Made by a program: the position numbers and the translations under genes. This document shows, piece by piece, positions 55,185-64,000 of a DNA stretch of 64,000 bases. Under the pieces are notes generated by a model. The model saw only the letters and a list, made by a program, of their open reading frames with translations. It did no database searches and was not told the DNA's origin. This stretch comes from a virus. Lineage: Duplodnaviria; Caudoviricetes. The DNA is taken from positions 55,121-119,120 of the IMG/VR virus record IMGVR_UViG_3300017911_002159. One strand, given 5' to 3'. The number at the start of each line of letters is the position of its first letter. The stretch's first letter is position 1.

Positions 55185-55900
55185 AACTGATCATTTATTC
55201 TGATGATGAAAATGCAAGAAAACCTATTGCTGTTTCTGCTAAAAAATACAATTTTGAACTCTGTGTTGCATCTGGCAAATACAGATGGTACAAAGATCTT
55301 GAAACGAGGACAAGAAAGACTCTTGAACTCTTGGAAAAACTGAAGCCTGATGAATTAGTTGTTGTAACTGACGGCCATGACGTGTTTGTAAATGACGATG
55401 CTTCAGAATTTAAAAGAAGGTATTATGAGCACTATAATGAAAAAATTGTATTCCAGTCTGAGCACCAAAATTGGCCTGATCCAAGACTTGAAAAACAATG
55501 TCTTGAGAAGCATACTGATCCTCACGGCTATAGTTTTCTTTGTTTCGGGATGCATGCTGGCACTGCTGGCCAACTCGTAGAACTATATCGAAAGGGTCTT
55601 TGGATCGGTGAAGTTGATGATGAGCTAAAGCAAATCAATCCACATCTTCACTGGTCATTTGACGACCAACTATTTGCTGTAAAACAATATCTTCAAAGAG
55701 ATGATATTGTAATTGATGCTGACTGTCATCTTTGTCAGTCTATGCAAGCACCGGCTCTTCAAAGCGGTGATATCGAACTACATCCAGATCACATTATAAA
55801 TAAGACTAAGAATACAAGACCCGTGTTCATTCATGGTCATGGCAATGTCAATATTAAACAAATTTATGATTCGATTGTAGCAAGATATGGATACATCTAA
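55181..55900 (+). CDS. PLOD-type GT-A glycosyltransferase-like
   Basis: TDGHDV, FQSE..WP, DDQ, IHGHG. Confidence 0.7.
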   Translation: MKLIIYSDDENARKPIAVSAKKYNFELCVASGKYRWYKDLETRTRKTLELLEKLKPDELVVVTDGHDVFVNDDASEFKRRYYEHYNEKIVFQSEHQNWPDPRLEKQCLEKHTDPHGYSFLCFGMHAGTAGQLVELYRKGLWIGEVDDELKQINPHLHWSFDDQLFAVKQYLQRDDIVIDADCHLCQSMQAPALQSGDIELHPDHIINKTKNTRPVFIHGHGNVNIKQIYDSIVARYGYI

Positions 55901-56483
55901 AAAATTTTTTGTTTTCGGCCTTCAAAAATCAGGCACAAAATACTTAAAAAGGCTTGTTGAAGTTAACACAAATTTAAAATTTAAGACAAAGTATGTTTGG
56001 AAGCATACTATGAATCCTGTTGATTTTTTCGAGGATGATGTCCAAAAATTTTGGATTACTAAATCGCCATATAATTGGGCAAACTCTGTAATCAAAAGAC
56101 ACAGAGTAGATATTCTTACAAAATACAAAAAATATAATCTTAAAGAAGAAGATGGATTGGTTGTTCGTGGCATTAACGTAAAGAATCTAATTACGTTGTA
56201 CAACCATTACCACACTATGCTAATTAATACTGGTTTAGAAAACATTCGTTATGAAGAACTTCTTAAGAACAATTTAAGATTTTTCAAAGATTTGTACAAA
56301 AAAGATGTTTGTGAGGTTAAAATGCCTCCAATACAAGATGTTAGTAATTCTAAATTTTACATAGAAGAAGCAACAAGACTTGAATATTTGTCTGAACCCA
56401 GAAAAAACGATCCATTAGTTTTAGAAATCAATAAATACATAAACAAGGATCTTATCACTAGCTTGGGTTATAAAATAGCATAA
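55887..56483 (+). CDS. sulfotransferase-like protein
   Basis: GLQKSGT, WKH, K.PY.W..S, IRYEELL. Confidence 0.65.
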   Translation: MDTSKKFFVFGLQKSGTKYLKRLVEVNTNLKFKTKYVWKHTMNPVDFFEDDVQKFWITKSPYNWANSVIKRHRVDILTKYKKYNLKEEDGLVVRGINVKNLITLYNHYHTMLINTGLENIRYEELLKNNLRFFKDLYKKDVCEVKMPPIQDVSNSKFYIEEATRLEYLSEPRKNDPLVLEINKYINKDLITSLGYKIA

Positions 56484-57763
56484 TGGCTGAAAAAAAGAAA
56501 AGAAAGATCAATCCAAAGGTTAAGAAGGCTATTGAGGCAAGAACACTTCTTGGCGGTATTCCAGATGTGGTGAATCCTCACCCCGAATATAAAGTTAGGA
56601 TGGAAGCAGTATATCGTTCATCTATTGGTTCAGGAAACCAGAGAAGAGTTATTGCTTCTAGAAATGCCAGCAAAAACACTGCGGCCCTTAAGAGAGCTTC
56701 ACAGTTGGCTAAAATTGCTAACCCCACATCTAAAGAGAATAGTGAAGAAGCTGAAGGCAGAGCTATGGGCTTAGTAATGATGGACGTAGCAAAAGAGGTT
56801 GGTGTTAAAGACCCTCAGGCCATGACTGACTCAGAATATGAATATGTAATGAATGTTTCGATACAAAAGCAAGACTCTTTTAGAAACTACTATGATAAGA
56901 TGTTACGTGACATTTTAGATAGGCAGAACAACCGTGGCGATATCAAAGAATCTAAAAAAGAAGTTGAACAAGACCCTGACGTTGAGGACATGCCCGGTAC
57001 GCAGCCGAAGAAGTACTACAAAGACGTTGACAAAGAAGACAAAGAGGCAAGGGCAGAGAAGTTCAGGACAGGCTCTAAGTCTAAAGATGATGATGAAACC
57101 GCTTACGAACCAGCACCCGGCGATGAGGATGCTGAGACGAAACCAAGCAAGTATACAAAAGCTTATGACAAAAAGTTTAAAAAAGAATCCTTAGACATTA
57201 CGGAAGCATTTAACAAAGGTGTGAGAAAGAAGGCTAAGGAAACTGGCATTCCTTACTCCATTCTTATTCAGGTTTTCAAGAGGGGTAAAGCTGCTTGGAA
57301 GACTGGCCACAGACCCGGCACAACACCTGATCAATGGGCATTTGCTCGAATCAACTCTTTTGCAACTGGCGGTAAAACCAGAAGAACTGCTGATAAGGAT
57401 CTTTGGAAAAAGTATCAGGAATACAAAAAGAAGAAGAAAAAGAAAAAGACAAAGAGTGAAGAATATTTGGAAGAGGCCAAGTATCAGGGAAAAACTGTCA
57501 AGTTAGGAGACCCAACAAGAAATCCTTCAGGCAGTAAAAAGAAATTCAGAGTCTACGTTACTCATCCCCAAACAGGAAATGTTGTTAAAGTAGAATTTGG
57601 CGATCCAAATATGGAAATTCGCCGTGATAATCCCAAAAGACTTAAATCATTTAGAGCAAGACACGGTTGTGATGTCCTTACATATGAAGACGACCGACAC
57701 ACAGCTAAATACTGGTCATGTAAGATGTGGGAAAAAGGCAAGAAGGTATCGGATCTGGACTGA
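56483..57763 (+). CDS. multidomain late/virion protein with internal (I/L)xE junctions
   Basis: AAWKTGHRPG..PDQWAFARINSF; EAKYQGK..KKKF.VYV..V.FGDPNM..SFRARH.C..YWSC. Confidence 0.75.
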   Translation: MAEKKKRKINPKVKKAIEARTLLGGIPDVVNPHPEYKVRMEAVYRSSIGSGNQRRVIASRNASKNTAALKRASQLAKIANPTSKENSEEAEGRAMGLVMMDVAKEVGVKDPQAMTDSEYEYVMNVSIQKQDSFRNYYDKMLRDILDRQNNRGDIKESKKEVEQDPDVEDMPGTQPKKYYKDVDKEDKEARAEKFRTGSKSKDDDETAYEPAPGDEDAETKPSKYTKAYDKKFKKESLDITEAFNKGVRKKAKETGIPYSILIQVFKRGKAAWKTGHRPGTTPDQWAFARINSFATGGKTRRTADKDLWKKYQEYKKKKKKKKTKSEEYLEEAKYQGKTVKLGDPTRNPSGSKKKFRVYVTHPQTGNVVKVEFGDPNMEIRRDNPKRLKSFRARHGCDVLTYEDDRHTAKYWSCKMWEKGKKVSDLD

Positions 57764-57969
57764 TGAGAAAAAGAATCTACGAAGAGCCATTAACTGGTGG
57801 TCCTAGTGCACTTAAGACAGCAACAGATCTGGTTGCAACCGGTGATCCTGTCAAAAGGAGTGCCGGTCTTTTAGCCATTGGAGCTATGGCTTTGACACCT
57901 TTTGCTATTGAGTATGGAATTAGAAGAGCAAGAGAAGAAGCAGGCAGAGTTAAACGTAGCCTTGTCTAA
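57763..57969 (+). CDS. small membrane protein with leader MRKRIYEE
   Basis: Coupled TGATG; AGLLAIGAMALTPFAI then RRAR. Confidence 0.55.
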   Translation: MRKRIYEEPLTGGPSALKTATDLVATGDPVKRSAGLLAIGAMALTPFAIEYGIRRAREEAGRVKRSLV

Positions 57970-58009
57970 AATAATAAATAACAATAAGAATTCTTAATAG
58001 GAGAACAAA

Positions 58010-58516
58010 ATGGCTTTATGGGGCAACAAAGACGATAAAACGTCTACCGGTACAATCCAAGTATTTGCTAATGGACTTGTTACAGGTACCGGTACTAAGT
58101 TTGATACAGAGGCTAAAGTAGGGGACATTCTTAGACCTGATGCCGGTGCTGCAGCAAACGATCATATTATTATTTCTTATACATCTAACACTCACGTCAA
58201 CGTGATTGCAGCTAAGCCCGGAGATTCTGTTACGGCTATTGCTGCTGGTGCAGATTACTTCTTGAGCGAGCGACCAATCTTTCCTTCTCAAGCAGAGTCT
58301 GGTTCCTCTTCTGGTGTTCACGGTGACACAGAAAAGGTTTTTGGTGTTGATACAACTGAGATGGGTGTAACTGACACAAATGGACATGCTGGTTGGGTAA
58401 GACGAATTGCTAAGACAGACATGCACGGCAACAGCAGAGTAATTTACGAAACTTTAGTTGCTTCCTCATCCATCTCCGGCGATGCTGCCGATGATACGGA
58501 ATTCCCTGACTCCTAA
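58010..58516 (+). CDS. putative virion structural protein
   Basis: MALWG.KD, FGVD..E, HAGWV, ETLVA, D.ADD..FPD; AATAAATA upstream. Confidence 0.65.
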   Translation: MALWGNKDDKTSTGTIQVFANGLVTGTGTKFDTEAKVGDILRPDAGAAANDHIIISYTSNTHVNVIAAKPGDSVTAIAAGADYFLSERPIFPSQAESGSSSGVHGDTEKVFGVDTTEMGVTDTNGHAGWVRRIAKTDMHGNSRVIYETLVASSSISGDAADDTEFPDS

Positions 58517-58518
58517 GT

Positions 58519-58914
58519 ATGGATCTTAAAATTGATGAATCAAACGTGCTGCTTTATGCAGCACGTTTTTATGACAATCCAAGTTGTTTTGATACCGTTG
58601 AATTTTATGATGATCTCAAAAGAATTTCATACATAAAGAGACTCTTCAACAAGTATAAAGAAACTGGTGATATGAAGGATAGACTTGTCCTAAATCACCT
58701 TATAGTTCTCTACAACGTGTTTGGGAACTTTACCAACAAACTTCTTTTCTTAAAATTAGAAAAATATCTGGATATTTTGATGCCCTTTTTGTTGGTATTA
58801 CATAAGTGTCCAGAAGAAGTTAAAAACATTGGCGTGACCAACAAAACCTTTTTTACTTCCGACATAAATATGGATGAAACGGTCGTAGAAATATTGAGAA
58901 AAAAACATGGTTAA
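58519..58914 (+). CDS. conserved T4-like hypothetical protein
   Basis: YDNP.C...EF.DDLKR..YIKRL, RL.LNHLIVLYNVFG. Confidence 0.75.
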   Translation: MDLKIDESNVLLYAARFYDNPSCFDTVEFYDDLKRISYIKRLFNKYKETGDMKDRLVLNHLIVLYNVFGNFTNKLLFLKLEKYLDILMPFLLVLHKCPEEVKNIGVTNKTFFTSDINMDETVVEILRKKHG

Positions 58915-59191
58915 TGCTAAGGCAAATATCCGAAAATACTTTTTAAAAGAAGAAGCTCCAGCAAACGTTGCTGGTGGTGGACATGTTGCTGGAATCGGTG
59001 TCGGGCCTCAAGGAGAACCCGGCATTTCTGTTTCTCAACAATTTAGATATGCAAACAACGTAATGGATTTTCTAATTTCTAAGGATGAAGAAGAACAGGA
59101 AGATCCAATTCAGCTTAAAAGAAGTGACAAGTTTCATAATTCTACACTTCTTGATTCACAAAGAATTGCAATGAAACTCTTAAGAAGGTGA
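58907..59191 (+). CDS. T4-like hypothetical protein (..FLKEEAPAN..G)
   Basis: EEAPANVAGGGHVAG.G....EPG. Confidence 0.65.
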   Translation: MVNAKANIRKYFLKEEAPANVAGGGHVAGIGVGPQGEPGISVSQQFRYANNVMDFLISKDEEEQEDPIQLKRSDKFHNSTLLDSQRIAMKLLRR

Positions 59192-59195
59192 CGCC

Positions 59196-59690
59196 ATGAT
59201 TATGACATTGGTCGGAACACTTGGAGGTTCCCTAGTTAATTCTATTCCTACACTGATTGGGTTGGCAAAAAATTCACAAGATAATAAGGCTAAAGAACAA
59301 GAGCAAAAGTTAGAGCTAGAAAAACTTCGGATGCAACAGCAGATGCAATTCGAAGCTATGAAGATTGGAAAGCAAATTGACGCTACTATTGAGGATACTA
59401 GAGCAACTATTTCAGAGGGACAATCTCTTCGTGATCATGATCTTAAGCTTAACACTGGTGGCTTTCTCGGAGCATTCAAATCTGCTGTTAGACCTTTTAT
59501 CACCTATGTTTTCTTTCTTACCTTCATCGGGATAAAGGTGGTTGCCTTTTGGCATGCTCTAAATAGTGGAATGGATTTGACAATAGCTTTGCAGTTTATC
59601 TGGGATGAACAAACACAGGCTATATTTGGAGCCATAATGGGCTTCTGGTTTGGTGCAAGAACAATCGAAAAATTCTCTAAGAAGGCCTAA
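59196..59690 (+). CDS. holin-like membrane protein (3TM type)
   Basis: VRPFITY, IMGFWFGAR. Confidence 0.65.
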   Translation: MIMTLVGTLGGSLVNSIPTLIGLAKNSQDNKAKEQEQKLELEKLRMQQQMQFEAMKIGKQIDATIEDTRATISEGQSLRDHDLKLNTGGFLGAFKSAVRPFITYVFFLTFIGIKVVAFWHALNSGMDLTIALQFIWDEQTQAIFGAIMGFWFGARTIEKFSKKA

Positions 59691-59691
59691 G

Positions 59692-60057
59692 ATGGACGAT
59701 AATACCAAACTGGCAGTAATGGAAGGCCAGATCTCAAACTTCGACAAATATCTAGAAAAGATAGATACAACTTTAGAAAAGTTGACGGAAGTATCGACCT
59801 CTATGGAAAAGATGCTGGCTGTACATGAGCAAAGAATCATTGCTGGAGAGGCTGCTGATAAAGATCTCTCCAAAGCACAGCAAATGATTCATGATAGAGT
59901 AGACAGACTGAAAGCAGACACAAACACTAAATTAGACAAGATTGAAGACAAGCTTAATGAGATTGAAAAGTGGAGATGGCTTGCTGTAGGTGGAATTGCA
60001 CTGTTCATGTTTGTGGTATCTAACTCAGGTAACTTAATGTCATTCTTTATGAGTTGA
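59692..60057 (+). CDS. coiled-coil protein with C-terminal TM
   Basis: LAVHEQRI, IEKWRW..GG. Confidence 0.65.
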   Translation: MDDNTKLAVMEGQISNFDKYLEKIDTTLEKLTEVSTSMEKMLAVHEQRIIAGEAADKDLSKAQQMIHDRVDRLKADTNTKLDKIEDKLNEIEKWRWLAVGGIALFMFVVSNSGNLMSFFMS

Positions 60058-60097
60058 CTCTAATTCTATAGCCTGTATACTCCCCTGTGGAGGTTCC

Positions 60098-61117
60098 ATG
60101 AAAACAAATTTCCTTATTGAGTCTAAGTACATTAGTCTCTTATCCAACAGTCTTCTTCTCTTCAAAAACAAAGGTGAGAACACCTATAACTTTAGGTGTC
60201 CTATCTGTGGAGATTCCAAAAAAGATCCTTATAAAGCTAGAGGATACATTATACACAATGAAGGAACACATTTCTTCAAGTGTCATAATTGTTCTGCTTC
60301 TATGCATTTTGGATCTTTTCTAAAAGAGATTAATCCGGGTCTTTATGGTGAATTCAAACTAGAGTGTTTGTCTGACCAAGAACCAGAAGAGAAGCAAAGA
60401 TTCAAAACTGACATAACTAAGTTTGCAAAGAGACGTAGTGATAAATTTGCTCCTCTAAAGGAACTGAAAAAGATATCACAACTTCGTTATGATCATCCTG
60501 CAAAAGAATATGTTGTTAAACGTAAGATAGACAACAAACATCATCACCGATTGTACTACGTGTCAAAGTTCAAGGAGTGGATAAATAAACATGTTCCTGA
60601 AAAATTTGAAAATACAACCCATGATGAAGGTCGTCTCGTCATTCCTTTTTTCGATGAGAACGGCTATGTCTTTGCAGTACAGGGCAGAAGTCTCAAAAAG
60701 GACTCGAAAGTACGGTATATTTCGATAATGTTCCAAAACCTAGATAAAATCTATGGTTTAGAACGGCTGAATCCTAATAGGACTTTTTACATATGTGAGG
60801 GGCCGATTGACTCACTTTTTGTCCCCAATTGCATTGCAATGGCTGGAGCAGATACCTCGTCTAAATACTCCACCAACTCAAATGCTGTCTTCATTTACGA
60901 CAATGAACCAAGGAATCCTGAGATCGTCAGGAGGATGGAGAATTGTATTTCTGAAGACAAAAAACTTGTAATTTGGCCTGACTATATTCAGGAAAAAGAT
61001 ATGAATGATATGATTATAAACGGAATTGACGCCGTAGATTTAAAGTTTATAATCAAGAACTCAACTTATTCTGGACTGAAGGCAAAACTGGAGATGTCTA
61101 AATGGAAGAAAATTTAA
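60098..61117 (+). CDS. 61: DNA primase gp61
   Basis: CPICGDS..CHNC Zn finger, QGR, EGPIDS, DNEPRN, KD.ND. Confidence 0.95.
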   Translation: MKTNFLIESKYISLLSNSLLLFKNKGENTYNFRCPICGDSKKDPYKARGYIIHNEGTHFFKCHNCSASMHFGSFLKEINPGLYGEFKLECLSDQEPEEKQRFKTDITKFAKRRSDKFAPLKELKKISQLRYDHPAKEYVVKRKIDNKHHHRLYYVSKFKEWINKHVPEKFENTTHDEGRLVIPFFDENGYVFAVQGRSLKKDSKVRYISIMFQNLDKIYGLERLNPNRTFYICEGPIDSLFVPNCIAMAGADTSSKYSTNSNAVFIYDNEPRNPEIVRRMENCISEDKKLVIWPDYIQEKDMNDMIINGIDAVDLKFIIKNSTYSGLKAKLEMSKWKKI

Positions 61118-61296
61118 AACAGCATTTGGGGATGGTAGTCGAAGAAGACGGACAAATCCTTATTGCTTTCAGACCCGAAACAATTCAATTCATTTCGGAT
61201 ACGTTGAAGATCAAAGACGGCGATGTTGTTGTTATTGATGATGCATCTGATGCAGATAATGATAGTCCAATTATCATAATCAATAAGTTACAATAG
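61102..61296 (+). CDS. hypothetical protein
   Basis: GGAG RBS. Confidence 0.5.
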   Translation: MEENLKQHLGMVVEEDGQILIAFRPETIQFISDTLKIKDGDVVVIDDASDADNDSPIIIINKLQ

Positions 61297-61305
61297 GAGC
61301 CTTTG

Positions 61306-63219
61306 ATGAGCAATCAGTTGCCTACACTGTACCAGCAGTACATCCACCTTTCCCGTTATTCCCGTTGGTTGAACGACAAAGGCCGTCGAGAAACATGGGG
61401 CGAAACAGTTTCCAGATTTTTTGATTTCTTTGAAGATCATTTGTTTAAGAATAACGAATATACCTTAGAAAAAAAGCTTCGGGATGAACTTGAGACAGCA
61501 GTTCTGAATCTTGAAATCATGCCTTCTATGAGGGCTTTGATGACTGCTGGTGATGCTTTAAGAAAAGATAACATTGCTGGTTACAACTGCTCCTTTGTAA
61601 GCATCGACAAGACCTCTGCCTTTGATGAGATCATGTACATTCTGATGAATGGTACAGGTGTAGGTTTTTCTGTCGAACAAGAGTATGTCGAAAAGCTTCC
61701 TGTGATTGCAGAAGAGTTTCATCCAACAGAAACTACAATCGTAGTTCCAGACTCCAAGCAGGGTTGGGCTAAGTCTCTCAAAGAACTGTTAGGCATGCTT
61801 TACATCGGTCAGATTCCTTCTTGGGATATGTCTAAGGTAAGACCTGCAGGTGCTCCTCTGAAAACTTTTGGTGGTAGAGCATCTGGACCAGAGCCTTTAG
61901 ATGAGCTTTTCAGATTCTGTAGCCATGTTTTCCAAAATGCTGCAGGTAGAAAACTTACTTCTTTGGAATGTCATGATATTGTTTGTAAGATTGCTGAGAT
62001 CGTCGTTGTAGGTGGGGTTAGACGTTCTGCACTGATTTCTCTGTCTGATCTTTCTGATGACCGTATGAGGGCTGCTAAGTCTGGTCAGTGGTGGGTTGAT
62101 GAAGGTCAGAGAGCTTTGGCTAACAATTCTGCTGTCTACAAGCAGAAGCCTGACATCGGCATCTTTATGGATGAGTGGAAGTCTCTTTATGATTCCAAGT
62201 CTGGTGAAAGAGGAATCTTCAACCGTCAGTCTGCACAAAAAGTTGTAGAAAAAAATGGCAGAAGAGATCCAAGTTATGATTTTGGTACAAACCCATGTTC
62301 GGAGATTATTTTACGATCAAGAGAATTTTGTAACTTATCTGAAGTTGTAGTTCGTCCTACAGACACAGAAGAATCTCTTTCCCGTAAAGTTCGTCTTGCA
62401 ACCATTCTTGGCACTTTCCAGTCCACTCTTACAAACTTTAAATACATTACAAAGAACTGGAAAGATAACTGCGAGGAGGAAAGATTACTTGGTGTATCAC
62501 TCACAGGAATTATGGACTCAACTCTCACGAATGGTAAAGGTGAAGACTTGGAAGCCCGTCTTGACAAACTTCGTTTTGTTGCTGTCAACACTAATAAAAA
62601 GTTTGCCGAGAGTCTTGGAATTAATCAGTCTACTGCTATTACTTGTGTTAAGCCTTCTGGTACTGTGTCTCAGTTGGTTGATAGTGCATCTGGTATTCAT
62701 GCCCGTCATAATCCTTACTACATTCGTGCAGTACGTGGTGACAAGAAAGACCCGTTAACCAAGATGATGGTTGAAGCTGGCTTCCCGGTGGAAGATGATG
62801 TTATGAAACCAGATTCTACAGTTGTGTTCTCTTTCCCGATTAAGTGTTCTGATGATGCTGTTTTTAGAACTGATATGTCTGCTATCGAGCAGTTAGAGCT
62901 TTGGAAGACTTACCAGATTCATTGGTGTGAACACAAACCTTCTGTGACTATCTCTGTTAAAGAACATGAGTGGATGGAAGTCGGTGCTTGGGTATACGAA
63001 AACTTTGAACATATGTCTGGAGTTTCGTTCCTTCCATTCTCAGACCATGTTTATAAACAAGCACCATATCAAGATACAGATGAGGCAGGTTACAAAGAAT
63101 TGTTAGCCAAGATGCCAAAAGATGTAGATTGGGCTAAACTGTCTGACTATGAAAAGATTGACCACACTATTGCATCTCAGGAATTGGCATGTTCCGCTGG
63201 TGGTTGTGAAATAATCTGA
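61306..63219 (+). CDS. nrdJ: class II (B12-dependent) ribonucleotide reductase
   Basis: MPSMR, GYNCS, VGGVRRSALI, TNPCSEI, VKPSGT, C-terminal ACSAGGCE; no nrdB next to it. Confidence 0.9.
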   Translation: MSNQLPTLYQQYIHLSRYSRWLNDKGRRETWGETVSRFFDFFEDHLFKNNEYTLEKKLRDELETAVLNLEIMPSMRALMTAGDALRKDNIAGYNCSFVSIDKTSAFDEIMYILMNGTGVGFSVEQEYVEKLPVIAEEFHPTETTIVVPDSKQGWAKSLKELLGMLYIGQIPSWDMSKVRPAGAPLKTFGGRASGPEPLDELFRFCSHVFQNAAGRKLTSLECHDIVCKIAEIVVVGGVRRSALISLSDLSDDRMRAAKSGQWWVDEGQRALANNSAVYKQKPDIGIFMDEWKSLYDSKSGERGIFNRQSAQKVVEKNGRRDPSYDFGTNPCSEIILRSREFCNLSEVVVRPTDTEESLSRKVRLATILGTFQSTLTNFKYITKNWKDNCEEERLLGVSLTGIMDSTLTNGKGEDLEARLDKLRFVAVNTNKKFAESLGINQSTAITCVKPSGTVSQLVDSASGIHARHNPYYIRAVRGDKKDPLTKMMVEAGFPVEDDVMKPDSTVVFSFPIKCSDDAVFRTDMSAIEQLELWKTYQIHWCEHKPSVTISVKEHEWMEVGAWVYENFEHMSGVSFLPFSDHVYKQAPYQDTDEAGYKELLAKMPKDVDWAKLSDYEKIDHTIASQELACSAGGCEII

Positions 63220-63226
63220 GGATAAT

Positions 63227-63988
63227 ATGGCTGTTGTAGATAAGTGTCTTATCATTAGACGTGAAAAAAATGAGCGTAGCAAAGAGTATGCTAAAGTTTG
63301 TGCAGATTCTGTTGAGAGAAATAACATGCAATATGAGTATGTTAAAGCTATCGAGAATCTTGATGTGAATGAAGCTGCTGCTTCTGTCGGCATGAAAGTT
63401 GATTGGGAGATGGCAGAGATTTTACAGAACACCATAACTGATCACAAAGAGTGTCAGGAAATGGGGAATGCTTGTTGTACAGCCAGCCATATTAAGGCCT
63501 TTAGAAGAGTTGTAGAGATTGGTACCCCGTGTGCCATTCTCGAACATGATGCCTTTGTTATTAGGAACTTTAGAAATTTTGATGTTCCTGATGATTATGT
63601 TGTTCATCTTGGTCCTAGAATGAGGGACACTAAAACCTACGTTCCAAAATCTAGAGTGAGAAGACTTGTTGGTCTTGAACAAGCAATTGGAACACATGCT
63701 TATGCTCTAACACCAGAAACAGCATCAAACATGTTAAAGCATCTTGAAGACGTAGGTCTTGTCTACGGTATTGATCATTATCTGTTTTTGCATAATGAAT
63801 CTAGAGTTCCTATTTTAGCGGCAGATCCATATCCTGCTATCTGCTGGTCTAGAGAAAGTACAATGGATGACGTGGATGAAGAATCATCTGTGAGAAGAGG
63901 CGTTTGGGCAAATCATAATGATAAAAATGTAATCAGTATGACAACGCCCGGTCTTCTAGAGGGTCTGGGCTGTCCGATATATGTCTAG
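63227..63988 (+). CDS. GT25-like glycosyltransferase
   Basis: C..SH, ILEHDA, GTHAYALTP..A, ID. Confidence 0.75.
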   Translation: MAVVDKCLIIRREKNERSKEYAKVCADSVERNNMQYEYVKAIENLDVNEAAASVGMKVDWEMAEILQNTITDHKECQEMGNACCTASHIKAFRRVVEIGTPCAILEHDAFVIRNFRNFDVPDDYVVHLGPRMRDTKTYVPKSRVRRLVGLEQAIGTHAYALTPETASNMLKHLEDVGLVYGIDHYLFLHNESRVPILAADPYPAICWSRESTMDDVDEESSVRRGVWANHNDKNVISMTTPGLLEGLGCPIYV

Positions 63989-64000
63989 TGGTGGATCTGC

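Noticed and set aside
381-63697. Many short antisense or alternate-frame ORFs in the track (e.g. 22746-23288, 25022-25516, 39398-39958, 48316-48765)
   Set aside because: Shadows of well-supported genes, lacking RBS or motifs

Overview
64 kb of an AT-rich T4-like myophage genome, probably infecting an alphaproteobacterium (inferred from a circularly permuted tmRNA with a VALAA tag, a ROSE-like thermometer, class II RNR and anti-SD RNA motifs). Order: 3' end of major capsid gene 23; three Gly/Ala-rich late genes; the T4 core (3, uvsY, uvsW, 55, 47, 46, degenerate peptide deformylase, dCTP deaminase/dUTPase, 45, 44, 62, regA, hsp20, 43, uvsX, 41, thyX); a tail-fibre cassette; a two-piece tmRNA, an OM beta-barrel, a lipoprotein and an M15 peptidase; a minus-strand cluster of nine late genes; a ~2 kb mostly non-coding region with repeats, palindromes, tandem sigma70 promoters and structured RNAs; early small genes; a glycan/sulfate modification cluster interleaved with two tRNAs and more late genes; holin-like gene, primase 61, nrdJ and a GT25. 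Best candidate for an undescribed system: about 16 genes, mostly under late promoters, whose products start with a T4 internal-protein-like capsid-targeting leader ending in (I/L)-x-E. Most carry glycine-zipper or TM segments followed by Arg/Lys clusters. Two unrelated peptidases (one with the leader) share a homologous C-terminal membrane anchor. Together these suggest a head-packaged, protease-matured, membrane-inserting payload. Second candidate: a ~280-nt early ncRNA with two long-range loop pairings. All calls are from manual motif reading; no searches were run.
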